DNA from: Octopus vulgaris
Taxonomy: Eukaryota
Length of the DNA: 64,000 bases
Assembly (NCBI GenBank): GCA_951406725.2
Contig: OX597821.1
Coordinates: forward strand, 63,116,001-63,180,000
Direction: 5' to 3'
Part shown: in pieces, positions 26,077 to 38,557 of the stretch
Layout: the number at the start of each line of letters is the position of its first letter
Position numbering within the stretch: the first letter of the stretch is position 1
Notes under the pieces: model-generated
What the model was told of the DNA's origin: nothing
The model's database searches: none
The model's input: only the letters and a program-made list of their open reading frames with translations
Program-made: the position numbers and the translations under genes

Positions 26077-27195
26077 ATTACTTTGAGGGAAGAATTTGAA
26101 AGTTGAAAGATATTTATGTCTTCATGTAATTATGTTATCAGATATATTATTAAATAAGCTTTTTCTGTCGGCACGGAGTAAGTGGATCGCCTCCTTCGCT
26201 CATAAATTGCACTTATTTAGTGTGTGTGTGTGTATATGGTGTGTTTTTCGTCCATGATAGACCAATCTAGACTGAATTCTTTATTGCGCATTTTTAATTT
26301 ATTGATGTGTGTAGCTTGTGTGGTTGAAGTTTTTGCTTCGTGTTTGATAAATGAATTTGTGCGTGCCCAGTATCTAATCTTAAATCAGTCGTACTTGCTA
26401 TATCATTTTAGGCTCATTAAGGGTAGAAACCTTAACTTTATATACGACACGCCATTACGACAATTTCATGTCTTATTTCCAGGTTTAGCTTTTTTATCTT
26501 TAATATCAGGGTTCTCATAATTACTATTCTTCATATTAAGGTAAACTATATTATCATCTCTATTGATGCTGCCTTTTCTAAGTTTAAGTCTATTGTTGGC
26601 TGCGATTATAAACCCTAGATTAGTAATGGTTGAGTACGATAATTTAAGGTAGGCTCTACTAAATATGAAATTATATTTATGACCTAGTGGGAAGTTCCTA
26701 TCGATAAGCCTAAAAAATAATTTAGGGAGGTTTCTGACCTGAAGGGAAAAGGGAGGTGTGAACTATATAATTTCTCGTCTCCTCCCCGAGTTGTTCCTGT
26801 TCTGCCCAGTATAGTTATTGTTATTATAATTAAATAAATTATAGTATCTTCTAATATGTTGTTGGTTCCTATAATCGGCCGGGTTGTTTATGGAAGGTGT
26901 GTCGATGTTTAAATTCGCAATATTTGGAAAACGATTGTCTAATTTATTTTTAAATATTGTGTTCTAAACATGATATTTTTCCTATTGAATCCACTGTATT
27001 TTAATGCTGTATTAAATGGTGCAAAATAAACGAAGATCTTTTTGATTGCGGATATGTTAGATATTCTTATCGACAGACCTTTGGTTATCCCTTTAATGAC
27101 ACTGAGGGGGATGATTTGATAAGGCGTGGATAAGTTTTATTAAGCTTATGGTAAGGATAGAATAAGCCATTGTTTAGATTTAATGTTATGTTCAT
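26077..27195 (-). pseudogene. PLE RT/GIY-YIG ORF remnant with TGA at conserved Cys positions
   Basis: ITLNLNNGLFYPYHK..IHALSNHPP..IKGITKGLSIRISNIS..ALKYSGF; RREII*FTPPFS..LFFRLIDRNFPLGHKYNFIFSRAYLKLSYSTITNL..IIAANN; KT*NCRN; VYKVKV; RYWARTNSF..STTQATHINKLK..LDWSIM; NKCNL*AKEAIHLL..LFNNISDNIIT*RHK. Confidence 0.9.
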
Positions 27196-27211
27196 TATCG
27201 TAAGACATTTA

Positions 27212-27373
27212 TTTTCTTTCTTTTACTTTCTTTTCTTTTTACTTGTTTCCATGCTGGAGCACCGCCTTTATAGTCGAGCAAATCGACTCCAGAACTTATT
27301 CTTTGTAAGCCTAGCACTTATTCTATCGGTCTGTTTTGCCGAACCGCTAAGTTACGGGGACATGAACACACAA

Positions 27374-27466
<93 letters not shown>

Positions 27467-27638
27467 TATATACATATACGACGGGCTTCTTGCAGTTTCT
27501 ATGTACCAAATCTACTCACAAGGCTTTGGTCGACCCGAGGCTATAATAAAATACACTTGCCCAGGGTGTCACGCAATGTGACTGAACCTGGGACCATGTG
27601 GTTGGTAGGCAAGCTACTTACCGCACAGTCACTCCTAT
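27212..27638 (-). mobile_element. tRNA-derived SINE family C with internal (TA)n(TG)n
   Basis: Full-length reverse-complement match to 62351-62785; A-rich tail at 27212-27245. Confidence 0.9.
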
Positions 27639-27773
27639 AGTTGTATAACTTTAAAAAAATTAATCTTTTCCTTATCCTATCAGTTGCAAATATATATATA
27701 TTTGTGCCTGTTTTTATAACTTTTCTATTACAGACACGAAGACGGCTTCATAGCACCATATAATTGCTACCAT

Positions 27774-28164
27774 TTTTTGGGGGGAAGCACTCCGTCGGTT
27801 ACGACGACGAGGGTTCCGGTTGATCCGAATCAACGGAACAGCCTGCTCATGAAATTAACGTGTAAGTGGCTGAGCACTCCACAGACACGTGTACCCTTAA
27901 CGTAGTTCTCGGGGATATTCAGCGTGACAGAGAGCGTGACAAGGCCGGCCCTTTGAAATACAGGTACAACAGAAACAGGAAGTAAGAGTGAGAGGAAGGT
28001 GTGGTGAAAGAGTACAGCAGGGATCACCACCATCCCTGCCGGAGCCTCGTGGAGCTTTTAGGTGTTTTCGCTCAATAAACACTCACAACGCCCGGTCTGG
28101 GAATCGAAACCGCGATCCTACGACCGCGAGTCCGCTGCCCTAACCACTGGGCCATTGCACCTCC
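27774..28164 (-). mobile_element. tRNA-derived SINE family B with 11-bp TSD
   Basis: Box A tggcccagtggtt and box B ggtttcgattccc on the minus strand; TSD ATTGCTACCAT at 27763-27773 and 28165-28175. Confidence 0.93.
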
Positions 28165-28224
28165 ATTGCTACCATACACCTATAATAAACAATGTGTTCT
28201 ATATTTCTACATTGCTCATATCGT

Positions 28225-28490
28225 GAATGTGCTAGGGTTTTCAGCTCACGATCGTACGATCCCCGTCGATGCGTTATGTCCTTGAGCAAGACACATCATT
28301 TCAACGGTGTTGCAGTCCATTGAGGGTTGTACCTGTATTTAAAAGGGCCAGCCTTGTCACATTCAGTGGGAACTACATTAAGGGCACGTACGTCTGTGGA
28401 GTACTCATCACTCGCACGTTAATTGCACAAGCAAATAATTTCCGGTGATCGGATCAACAGGAACCTTTCACGTCGTAACCGATGGAATAA
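28225..28490 (+). mobile_element. SINE with CORE-like segment and family B tail, degenerate
   Basis: gtccttgagcaagacac followed by gtacctgtattt..aagggccagccttgtcac..gtcgtaaccgatgg; similar to 53487-53810. Confidence 0.7.
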
Positions 28491-29049
28491 TAGTTAGTTA
28501 TAACGTCACACGGATTTCGGCATTCTATAATTTCTTTTGAAATAGTTCATAGCATAATTGACTTGTTGTAAAAGTTGTGATTGAAAGAATTTGATATCTC
28601 ACACATATACACAAATCATACCCAGTAAGTATAAAAACTGCTATTACCTTATCGAGTAACTACGCAGTTGTTATTGACTATTTTAGCAGACCTAACCACT
28701 GCTGTCTATCTGAATTATTTGTCAGACTTGTACATCTCACGATGCAACAGCTTTGTGGAATAAATGTTTTATAGTGCAGCGTTTACATAGTTAATAACAA
28801 GCACGAGGTAGCTAAACTGATGGCAATTGATTGTAATGTATATCATATCACCAGAGAAGCCTACTGTCACACATTAGTTGTTAAGATCAGATTAAGTCGG
28901 AATAGTTGATATTTTACTTCACTACATAGTAAATGAGTAATGCAAAGAGGGAAGGAGATAAAGAATACTTTGTTAGTCAACTGGATACGCGTTTAATATT
29001 TCAATGTATATTTCATCAACCTGACAAAACACGTTTCTGTATAATTTTT

Positions 29050-29069
29050 TGATATTATTATTATTATTA

Positions 29070-29146
<77 letters not shown>
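29050..29146. repeat. (ATT)n microsatellite
   Basis: Seen directly. Confidence 0.97.
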
Positions 29147-29700
29147 GTGTGTGGAAGCAGTGCATGCCATCAAAGTGACACTGGGGTACAGATATACGAA
29201 TCCCAGTATACCTATCATAACTACCCGTCTGGCAAGAGTACACCAGGCACATGGATCACAAGAATATGTGCCTCTACATGGTGATCTTATGTCAAGATAA
29301 GCAGCTCATGACATGGCATGTGGAGCCTAGTTATAATTTTCTTCAAGTCAATTAGCCCATCTCGCTCAAAAGATCCTTGAATAAGGGTTGTTTAAGGTTG
29401 TTGAACGAAACCCATATGTTTCCAAAGATTAATTATTCAAACCCCAAAGAATTCTTCTTAACTTATGTTGCTCCGCCACTGCTTCTGCTCGTGATCAGAT
29501 ATGTCCAATATCGTCAGCCAATAAGGGACATGTTCAACTGGTTATGGTCAAACAACTGATAAGCAAATATGTGGTGTTGAGCAGAATATTTGCTGTAGAC
29601 CCTCTTTTATACCACGACAAAATAATGTACATAAAGACACTTACAATCAGTTAAGATGAGAAACCATCAGAAGAGCCAGTGCCTGGCCACACTAGTCAGT
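29147..29700 (-). repeat. Probable retroposon (SINE/LINE 3' part) ending in an (AAT)n tail, unclassified
   Basis: GC-richer block ending on the minus strand in gcatgcactgcttccacacac-(aat)n; no protein motif recognised. Confidence 0.4.
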
Positions 29701-29919
29701 AATCAAGAAAAACTATCATTACAGATGTTTCGAGTCCAAATCTACTACCCTTTTTTATAATATAAACTATTTTGTCTGAAAGGTTATTTGTACATTTAAA
29801 ATGGTGGATGATCGAAAAAGGCATCACTAATGAATGCATCTCTCTGTTTAAACCAAACCCTTAGTAATCACAATAGTAGGAAATTGGTACCTCACTTCGT
29901 CATTGGGATTATATTTGCA

Positions 29920-30179
29920 TGTATGTATATGTTTGTATATACAGCAGTTATAGTATATTTATAAATACATATACACATATATATGTGTAATATATATATA
30001 TATATACGTGTGTATAATATATATATATATATATACATATATATACACATATATATATGTATATATATATGTATATATGTATATATATATATATATACAT
30101 ATATACATATATACATATATAGGCATGTATATAAATATATATCTACATAAATATATATATTTTTACATATATATATATA

Positions 30180-30232
<53 letters not shown>

Positions 30233-30350
30233 ATATATACAAACTCGCACACGCACCGCACATACACACATATGCATATGCACATTTTACCATATTACAC
30301 ATGTATGTAATACATATTATATGTATGTATATACAAGCATATATATACAT
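29920..30350. repeat. Degenerate (TA)/(CA)n field
   Basis: Seen directly. Confidence 0.9.
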
Positions 30351-31133
30351 GTAGATGTAATCCCATTCGCGAACTGAGGTGCCAATTTCCTACAACTGGA
30401 ATTGATGTGGCGTTATATAACAGACACGAAAAGGTTAACAGTTTAGCAATACTTGACATGGAAATTTTATTTAATTTAGTAATATAACAAAACGGTGTAC
30501 AGCTATTTCACTTATATACCAGTTATTGGATCATCGTGTCGAGTCGAGTTTTCCGTCATCGGAGGTTAGACATATCTAACAGTGGAATAATGTTCCTCAT
30601 CAGTGATGATATTTGGGGTTCATTTTGGATTGAACGGGAGGAGAAATCCAATTAGAAATCCAATTAAAATAAGTAACCATTTGGTAAATCTATGAACAAA
30701 TGAAGATAATCAGTAATGTCTATTAATAGAATCTAAACAATGAGAACAGTTTGATTGAAAAGTAATGCTGTCGGTTCAAATGTTGGACAAATGTTGGACA
30801 AATACTATTTGTCCAAAATTTGAACTGCTAGCATACATTTTTCCTGGCTCAAGACGATGACCCAGTAGATGGGATGTTCAAGAAATAGCTGTTAGAAACT
30901 ACGTGTGCATTTTTATTGTACAGGTAAATTAAACTATATGTTCTTGTCAAGTCTTACCAGACCGTTAGCCTTTTCATTTCTGCTTTAGCCTCTACCTATC
31001 TGTCCAAGGGAAAGCCACTTCTAGCCACTTTAGAAAGGTTGACCGAAAATCGCATGCATAAATGCAGTTCAAAGCGAAATTTCAGTGGCATGCCAATTAA
31101 TTTGAGTCATCCTTACGAAACTTTCTCGTTTCC

Positions 31134-31186
<53 letters not shown>

Positions 31187-31213
31187 ACACACACACGTAT
31201 ATATATATATATT

Positions 31214-31306
31214 CGACGGGCTTCTTTCAGTTTCCGTCTACCAAATCCACTCACAAGGCTTTGCACTGTCCGAGGCTATAGTAGAAGACATTTGCCCAAG
31301 GTGCCA

Positions 31307-31310
<4 letters not shown>
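31214..31310 (-). mobile_element. SINE family C internal fragment
   Basis: cgacgggcttctttcagtttccgtctaccaaatccactcacaaggctttg...ttgcccaaggtgccacgc. Confidence 0.8.
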
Positions 31311-31361
<51 letters not shown>

Positions 31362-31399
31362 GTGTGCGTGCGCGCGAGCATCTGTGTGTTTGTGTGTGC

Positions 31400-31760
31400 G
31401 TGTACGAATTAATGAGGCTAAATAACACTGTGAGAAGGCGACTAGCACAGACTGATGTAGTCGAGAATGATGAAAACGTTTTGAAAACATTGCGTAGGCC
31501 TCTGAGCAGGTATCGCCAAGCTTTTATCCGATTTTGATGCAGATTCTCAGCTCAAATTTCTCTGTCATGTTCAATGCGACGACCACACGCTACACACCTT
31601 CCTTCCGAGCACTACTGTGAAAAGTAGAAGTGAGTAGGAATATTAAAACTTAGTGCGCATGCACGACAGAGTACAAGGTCAATCTGTGCAAAGTGGCGTC
31701 ACTTCGCCTGCTTTGACTTCGTTACTCTGGTAACAGTCCATATACTTATTCAACAGACCA
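31400..31760 (-). mobile_element. Internally deleted mariner (second family)
   Basis: TIR-like ggtctgttgaataagtatatggactg, then MTEKFELRICIKIG*KLGDTCSEAYAM transposase N-terminus. Confidence 0.65.
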
Positions 31761-31834
31761 AAAGACCATGTATATATATATATATATATGTATACAGATA
31801 TAAAATACACATTAAGTGCAGGACATCACCAACA

Positions 31835-31926
<92 letters not shown>

Positions 31927-32626
31927 TATATATATATATATATACTATCTTGTCGTTCTCAGCTTCTTCTTGTACACCGTCTGTGTCGTGGAGGCGGGAT
32001 ACTAGCATGTATGCGCAACTGCACTGTTATCGTGAAATATTTGTAACGAGAACTTCATGTTGGTGCAGAACATTTCAGTTGATTGCAGCTGCTCAGGCTT
32101 CCATGTACCAAGTAAATAAGACATATATGAGATATATGTTAAAATATATAGAGATATTTTTCATCAGTGGAGTATGTGCAGCAATCTTACCTGGACCAAG
32201 CAAACAGAGAGGATTGATATGGACGCTAATCATATTGGATGCCTGTTGATATTTTGACAGTCCGAAAAAATGTGAGAGCAGGTGATGCAACTGTTTCTTT
32301 GGTACGAATTACCTCAATAGAATTAAGTATCTACATCAATCTTCTAAAACTTATAATTCTGTTTCATAGTGTTAATACTATGGCTCAGATCTTTTGTCAT
32401 ATAGGGGTAGGGTGTTGTGGCTGTATATTTAAATTTAATGATGACTCAAATTTCCTGTTAGCGTTCTTCATATATAACCGCTGAAGCTTATAGCGATGCA
32501 AATATGTAACAATACTTGATAGAGAAGTTCTGAGCGTTGCATAGCTTACAGTTTTAGAAACATCAATAAAATTAGGATTTTTACATACATACCTATATAA
32601 ATACATACATACAAATATATATATAC

Positions 32627-32697
<71 letters not shown>

Positions 32698-32707
32698 TTC
32701 TATGTAA

Positions 32708-32749
<42 letters not shown>

Positions 32750-32788
32750 AGAAGTAATCGTAGTGATTGTGCAAACAGTAAGAAAAAC

Positions 32789-32789
<1 letters not shown>

Positions 32790-32850
<61 letters not shown>

Positions 32851-32856
32851 CAGCAG
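32790..32856. repeat. (TAG)n microsatellite
   Basis: Seen directly. Confidence 0.97.
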
Positions 32857-34939
32857 TATCGTTAGCAGCAACTCAGTAATCATTGACGTAAAAATATATG
32901 TAGAAAATCATTTGTCGCTAACAGTAATTTGCTTTTAAATTATCTTATGGAAAGGAAATGTATATTATGCTAATAAAACACCACTTATAAAACACAATCA
33001 CTTGTTTCCTCACATTTTTTCACCGTTGGCCATGATTACCACAAACGCATCCAAGACCAAATGAACACATTAACATTCACTTATCTGAAATCACAACACT
33101 CACCACTATCACCAGACAGCCCGCCATCACCAGTCACCGCTAACGTTTTTTACTGAACCTCAATTAAAACGTACTATAACATTCAAATTTTCATTAGTTA
33201 CAATTTATGTCCCTATAATTATATTTTATAATTGTGTATTTTTTCATTATTTTTTTATGTTCTCATTGTTTGTATAATTTTTATATTTGTTGGACTGTTT
33301 TATTTTAATTTTCGTATATTCTTATATTTTAATTTTATTTTACCTAATATTCTGTCAACTTGACTATATATTTAATTTTCTAATTTCTCTCTCTACTTTT
33401 ATTTAAACTGTTTATATTTGTATTTTAATTTTGTTATTTTCTTTTTCTCTTTCTCTTATCAGCTTTGTCTACAGTGTGTGTATGTGCGTGTGTTTTAATA
33501 TTTATGTTTCATTTCCTTTGTAATGTGAATTTTTTCGTTTACAATTTTAATTTCAGTTGTTGAATAGATTTTTTTGTAATTGTGAAAGTATTACATATGG
33601 ACATGTATATATGTATATATGTATGCGTGTATATATATAGATAGATATATATGTATATATGTTTGTATGTATGTATATATATGTATGTATATATGTATAT
33701 ATATACACACATAAATAAATATATATATGTATGTATATGATTGAATTGCAGATCGGTGACTTAACTGTTGACAAATATCTTGATATACATTATGGATGTT
33801 CCATTAAAGTAACGTTTACGCTGTTCTATTTTGAATTTGTGAGATGCGATTATATTATAATATCTGTGTTACTTATGCTTTCCTTATTGATTCTAACAAC
33901 AAAGTACGCTCTAATTAAAACCGAAACTAAATGCTATCCTAAATCTATGTATATATTCACCCCGATGTTGACGACTTTACCAGCTAAAAGCCCTGAATTC
34001 TTGGTATAATTTACGCTGTTTGCTAAAATCACAAAATCCTTTTGATGTATGAGATTAATTTAGATAATGTCCTGAACCTGTACGCAATCCCGAAACGCCT
34101 TTCATTTGTATGCAGGCAATGAAGTAAATAATTACAAAAACTGCGCTGGAAAAATTGCCTTAGGTACATATCGAATGAAATCTATAAATGTGAAATTTTC
34201 ACAAAAATAAATTGAAGCCCACCATTGCCTTCATTGCCAATACGAAAGTCAGAGTGAACACCCATGACTTACGCCTGAATTAAGTATAAAACTGTAGGTG
34301 AAATCATTCTCTGTTGGATTTGGTAGCATACCCAAAGCTTGCCTATTTGCTGGATTCATTTCCGCCCCATATACTTGAAACTGTAAATAAAAGTTCTCAT
34401 AACAAAAGCAGCTGTATCTTGTTTCGTTGACGTAAAATGAATCCTAAATTCTCCAACACAGTTTCATTATTCGCTTAGTATTGATACTTACACCACTTTA
34501 CTATTACAGCGAAATATTGGGAGCGAGATTTTTCCATGCAAACGCTGTCGTTCTATTTCAGCCGCGATGGAGTTTTCGCTCGTATAACGGAACACGTTTG
34601 GGTTCATTGGAATATTTGTGAAAGGTACTAATTTCAGTGAATCGCACTCAAACCAGCTATATCTGTCCTCTATAATATATTCTGTGTAAACGAAATAAAC
34701 GTGTTTTGTTGTTGATAAAAATAAACCTAATTTTCTATTCAACAGAATATAATTATACTACCGGCCAAATCTTTGATATTTCATATCATCATCGGGACAC
34801 AATTAAGGGTTGAACGACAGAACTGTTTGTATATTTCAATATATAATTGTAACAAATATTTCATGTAAAATGAAAAAAAGAAGCATCATTATTTTTTTTT
34901 TTTAGATTAGTGTTGTTTATTCACCGATCCACAATTCTG

Positions 34940-34941
34940 CA

Positions 34942-34982
<41 letters not shown>

Positions 34983-35045
34983 CTTTGTATGTGCCTATAT
35001 ACGTACTTATATATGTAAGTACACGTATGTATATTTATATATATA

Positions 35046-35114
<69 letters not shown>

Positions 35115-35179
35115 TACATATAAACAAATATGTGTATATTTATACATATATACACAGATATATATACATATATATTTAC

Positions 35180-35240
<61 letters not shown>

Positions 35241-35340
35241 AACATGTACATGCATATATGCGTACATGCATATATATGTGCATATATAGATATATACATG
35301 TAAACAGATGCATATGAGTGTGCATGAGTATTTATTATAT
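34940..35340. repeat. (TA)n field
   Basis: Seen directly. Confidence 0.93.
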
Positions 35341-35647
35341 ACAAGTGAGTATGTATACGTATTAGTTTTATTTTTCAAATGCCTCATATGAGCTAAAATT
35401 CACGAAGCCTTAACTTCAATGATTATTTATATTTTGCTCCCCTTTCTAAGAGACGCAACGGTCGATTTCTCCTGTCACCGCACCAACTCAGAAGACGGGA
35501 ACTATTAGCGGACTCCCAGAGGAAGAGGCTTGGGAGGGTAGGTAGTTCTTATCAGTTTGATAATGGACACAATAATCTAACTAGCCAATCACATTGATAT
35601 TCTAAATAACTTGCACTTTTAAAATCTCCTAAATTAAATTCTGCCTT

Positions 35648-35648
35648 T

Positions 35649-35703
<55 letters not shown>

Positions 35704-36112
35704 GAAGATTGATGATGATGATAAGATTGATGATTGATGATGATAAGAGGATTTATAATTGATGATGATGATGGTGATGATAATGAGAAGAAACGATGAT
35801 TGCTGATGATGATGACAGGATTTATGATTGATGATGATCATGATGATCATGATGATGGTGGTGGTGGTGGTGGTGGTGGTGGTGACGGTGATGCTGCTGG
35901 TGATGAAACTATTGGCGATGATAATGATCGTGATGTGGTTATGTTGGTGTTGGTTGTTGTGATGGTTATGATGATGATTGTGATGATTGTGATGAGCATG
36001 ATGATGATGATGATGAGGAGGAGGAGGAGGAGGAGGTTAATATTGATGATGACGATAATGATGAGGATAAGGAGGAGGAGGGGAGAAGGGGAGAAGTGTT
36101 AGAGGAGAAGGA
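35648..36112. repeat. Compound (GAT)n/(GGT)n/(GAG)n low-complexity tract
   Basis: Seen directly. Confidence 0.93.
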
Positions 36113-38060
36113 AATCAGTAATCAAAATCATTAATTTACGAAAACGGAATGAAGAATAGTAAAACACACCTTACGTTAAATACTCATGTTTCTACTTGGA
36201 TGAACGCGTGTTCTATTACGTAAGGTTATTTCCCCCATTGTTCCTGCTGTTCTTCCATTACGAGCATTTTTGCGATTATCTAACACCTGAATTCAGATTC
36301 TTAACGTATTTTTTCCACTTCATAAGACAGACCACCATTTTACAGTGACTCACGATCCGATTATAAAAGTTCTTGAATCGAAAAAAAAAAAAGCGCTCTC
36401 TCTGTTAATGAGATATGATACAATATTTCTGCTACGAAACAGAACAACGTTGTAGGAAATCTAGTGATTTAATTCATTTCGAATAAATTTTCTACAACAG
36501 GACGCATTTCTCTTCCATCGGAATGTGCTCCTAAAGGGAATTGATATCTTTGGAAGATAATCCCCGATATATAAGTCCTTATCTGTGTGCATATTTACGT
36601 ACTTCTAACACATGAACGAGAGAAGTTTCAATACGTTTAACAAATGTCATAGAAATAAATATAACCGATGTCCTAGATACACACATAGATAGGCAGACAG
36701 TGAGACAGATAGATATCGTGCTGTATTTTGGAGAGTTTATTTTCTTTGTTCTCGTACTTACTTCTTTTCTTCACATACATGCCTCTGTTAATAAATGTGT
36801 TTTACTTTTGGGTGTTTGTCAAATAATCTCGTTTAGCGAATTTTAAGATACGGAAATTGCTACACGGATGGCGCCTAATGTACAAGAGTACAATGAAAAC
36901 ATACAGCAATATAGGATGTCGATTATATATTTATAGCTTGGCAATTAAAGACTCCGGTGGTCAATACTCAGACTTTCATTGGCATGCAAGCAATCTTTCA
37001 GACTTATCTTCTCCGTGAAGGTAAAGCATATTTTATTTCTATGTAGTGGAATCGGATGACTATGAATGTGACGGTTCGTGTATGAATTCCACTTATATTA
37101 CTGTCTTATTTTGTGGAAGTGTGTTTTAATACTTTTCTAACCATGTTCTCTTCCAAGAAATTATGATGCTGATGATACGTTCCTTAAAATATCATTTTCA
37201 ATTTTCTTATTGCATTTTTGCGCACTCATCAAATATTTAAGCTTCATTTCCATCTAGCCAGGATCATCATTATATAAATAAAAACGAATTAATTTTCAGT
37301 CCAACAGATATTGTTTTTAGCGACTTGAATGTATTTTCTTCCACTTCTACAAGGTGAGTTGAATCAATACTGAAAGACATTCTAGATGCAGAAATCTCGT
37401 CTTACGTTTCATCATGGATGATTGGATACAAAGAAAGTATTATCTAGCTTGTTCTTAGTTTTTGGAACTGGAGAACGATTTCTAAGATTTTAAGTTGCTG
37501 ATTGTACTTATTAGAGAGTCTACACATACACGTTCTCTTTTTGTGATTTACTTTGAAGAAGTACTCCTTACTTCCATAAACTTGTTTCTCTTCATACCAA
37601 AATCTACCGCGTTTTATATGTTCCACCATTTGCCATTTCCAAAGAGAATATAAATGAAATACATTGATAACTTAGGAAAATCTGTCTTTAAACGTCATTG
37701 TTCGACCAGAGTTCAATAGTAGAAAATAATTATAGCAAAAGACATAGACGACTATATAGTTGATAATTTTTCTCCGGATTCTTCTCAGCTGCACCGCACC
37801 TTCAGTAAATGCCATTAAATGCTCATACTATATTGACAAATACCTTCTAGGAAAATCTTACGTAATGTATATAATGGTTACCAAAAACATATATATAAAG
37901 AGAACTTGTATGTATGTCTGTGTGTATACAGTATTTTAAGGTATTATAAGATTTGCATTGCGAATGATGCAACTTGATTTTAAAATATAATTCTAGAAGC
38001 CCCATTCACACGATCACGTAGTGGTAGGTGAACACACGCTAAATGCCAGTTATTAGGCAG

Positions 38061-38293
38061 AAGGCGGCGAGCTGGCAGAAACGTTAGCACGCCGGGTGAA
38101 ATGTTTAGCGGTATTTCGTCTGTCGTTACGTTCTGAGTTCAAATTCCGCCGAGGTCGACTTTGCCTTTCATCCTTTCGAGATTGATAAATTAAGTACCAG
38201 TTACGCACTGGAGTCGATATAATCCACTTAATCCGTTTGTCTGTCATTGTTTCTCCCCTCTATGTACAGCCCTTTGTGGGCAATAAAGAAATA
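38061..38293 (+). mobile_element. tRNA-derived SINE family A (Meta-domain-like central block)
   Basis: aggcggcgagctggcagaaacgttagc...gagttcaaattcc (boxes A and B), gcctttcatcctttcgagattgataaattaagtaccag, tail ending aaagaaata; near copy at 60897. Confidence 0.9.
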
Positions 38294-38339
38294 AGGACAT
38301 GCGGGTAAACTGACTAAATGAAGATAAAATCTGTCTTCT

Positions 38340-38557
38340 AATATTGGTTTGAAAATTTGGCTCAATACCAGCAGCTTCTGAAAGGTTTAAATTCATTATA
38401 TCGACCATAGTATTCAGCTGATACTTATTTTATCGACCACAAAAAGATGAAGGGCAAAGTTGACCAAAGAGGCATTCGAACTCAGAACGTAAAGTCAGGA
38501 GAAATGCTTCTCATCATTTTGTTCGGCGCGGTAACGGTTCTACCAGTTCACCGCCTT
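38340..38557 (-). mobile_element. SINE family A, degenerate, inverted relative to its neighbour
   Basis: gatacttattttatcgacc..aagatgaagggcaaagttgacc..ttcgaactcagaacgtaa..ccagttcaccgcctt. Confidence 0.75.

Larger units (their letters stand above)
25455..27205 (-). mobile_element. Penelope-like retroelement (Naiad-type), 3' half with GIY-YIG domain and hammerhead-bearing terminus
   Basis: RT thumb, linker and endonuclease motifs followed by a ~600-nt 3' region with a hammerhead; ends at (GA)n(TA)n; cut off at 27205 by a SINE. Confidence 0.9.

Noticed and set aside
28090-28164. tRNA-like sequences (also 50684, 51617, 53487, 38061, 62351)
   Set aside because: SINE heads continuing into SINE bodies, some with TSDs; no proper acceptor stem
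30420-30910. Hammerhead-like GAAATAGCTGT words and a small hairpin (similar cases at ~43430, ~45975, ~48640)
   Set aside because: Cores too degenerate to call ribozymes; probably older PLE termini
31788-32310. 153-aa ORF and exon-like segments
   Set aside because: ORF starts in (TA)n; no recognisable motif and no consistent spliced frame
35800-36102. Poly-D/G/M/R 100-aa ORF
   Set aside because: Compound GAT/GGT/GAG repeat with no non-repetitive coding context
36937-37353. Two plus-strand exon-like segments (36937-37020, 37300-37353)
   Set aside because: Splice-like ends exist but phases are incompatible and no protein family is recognised
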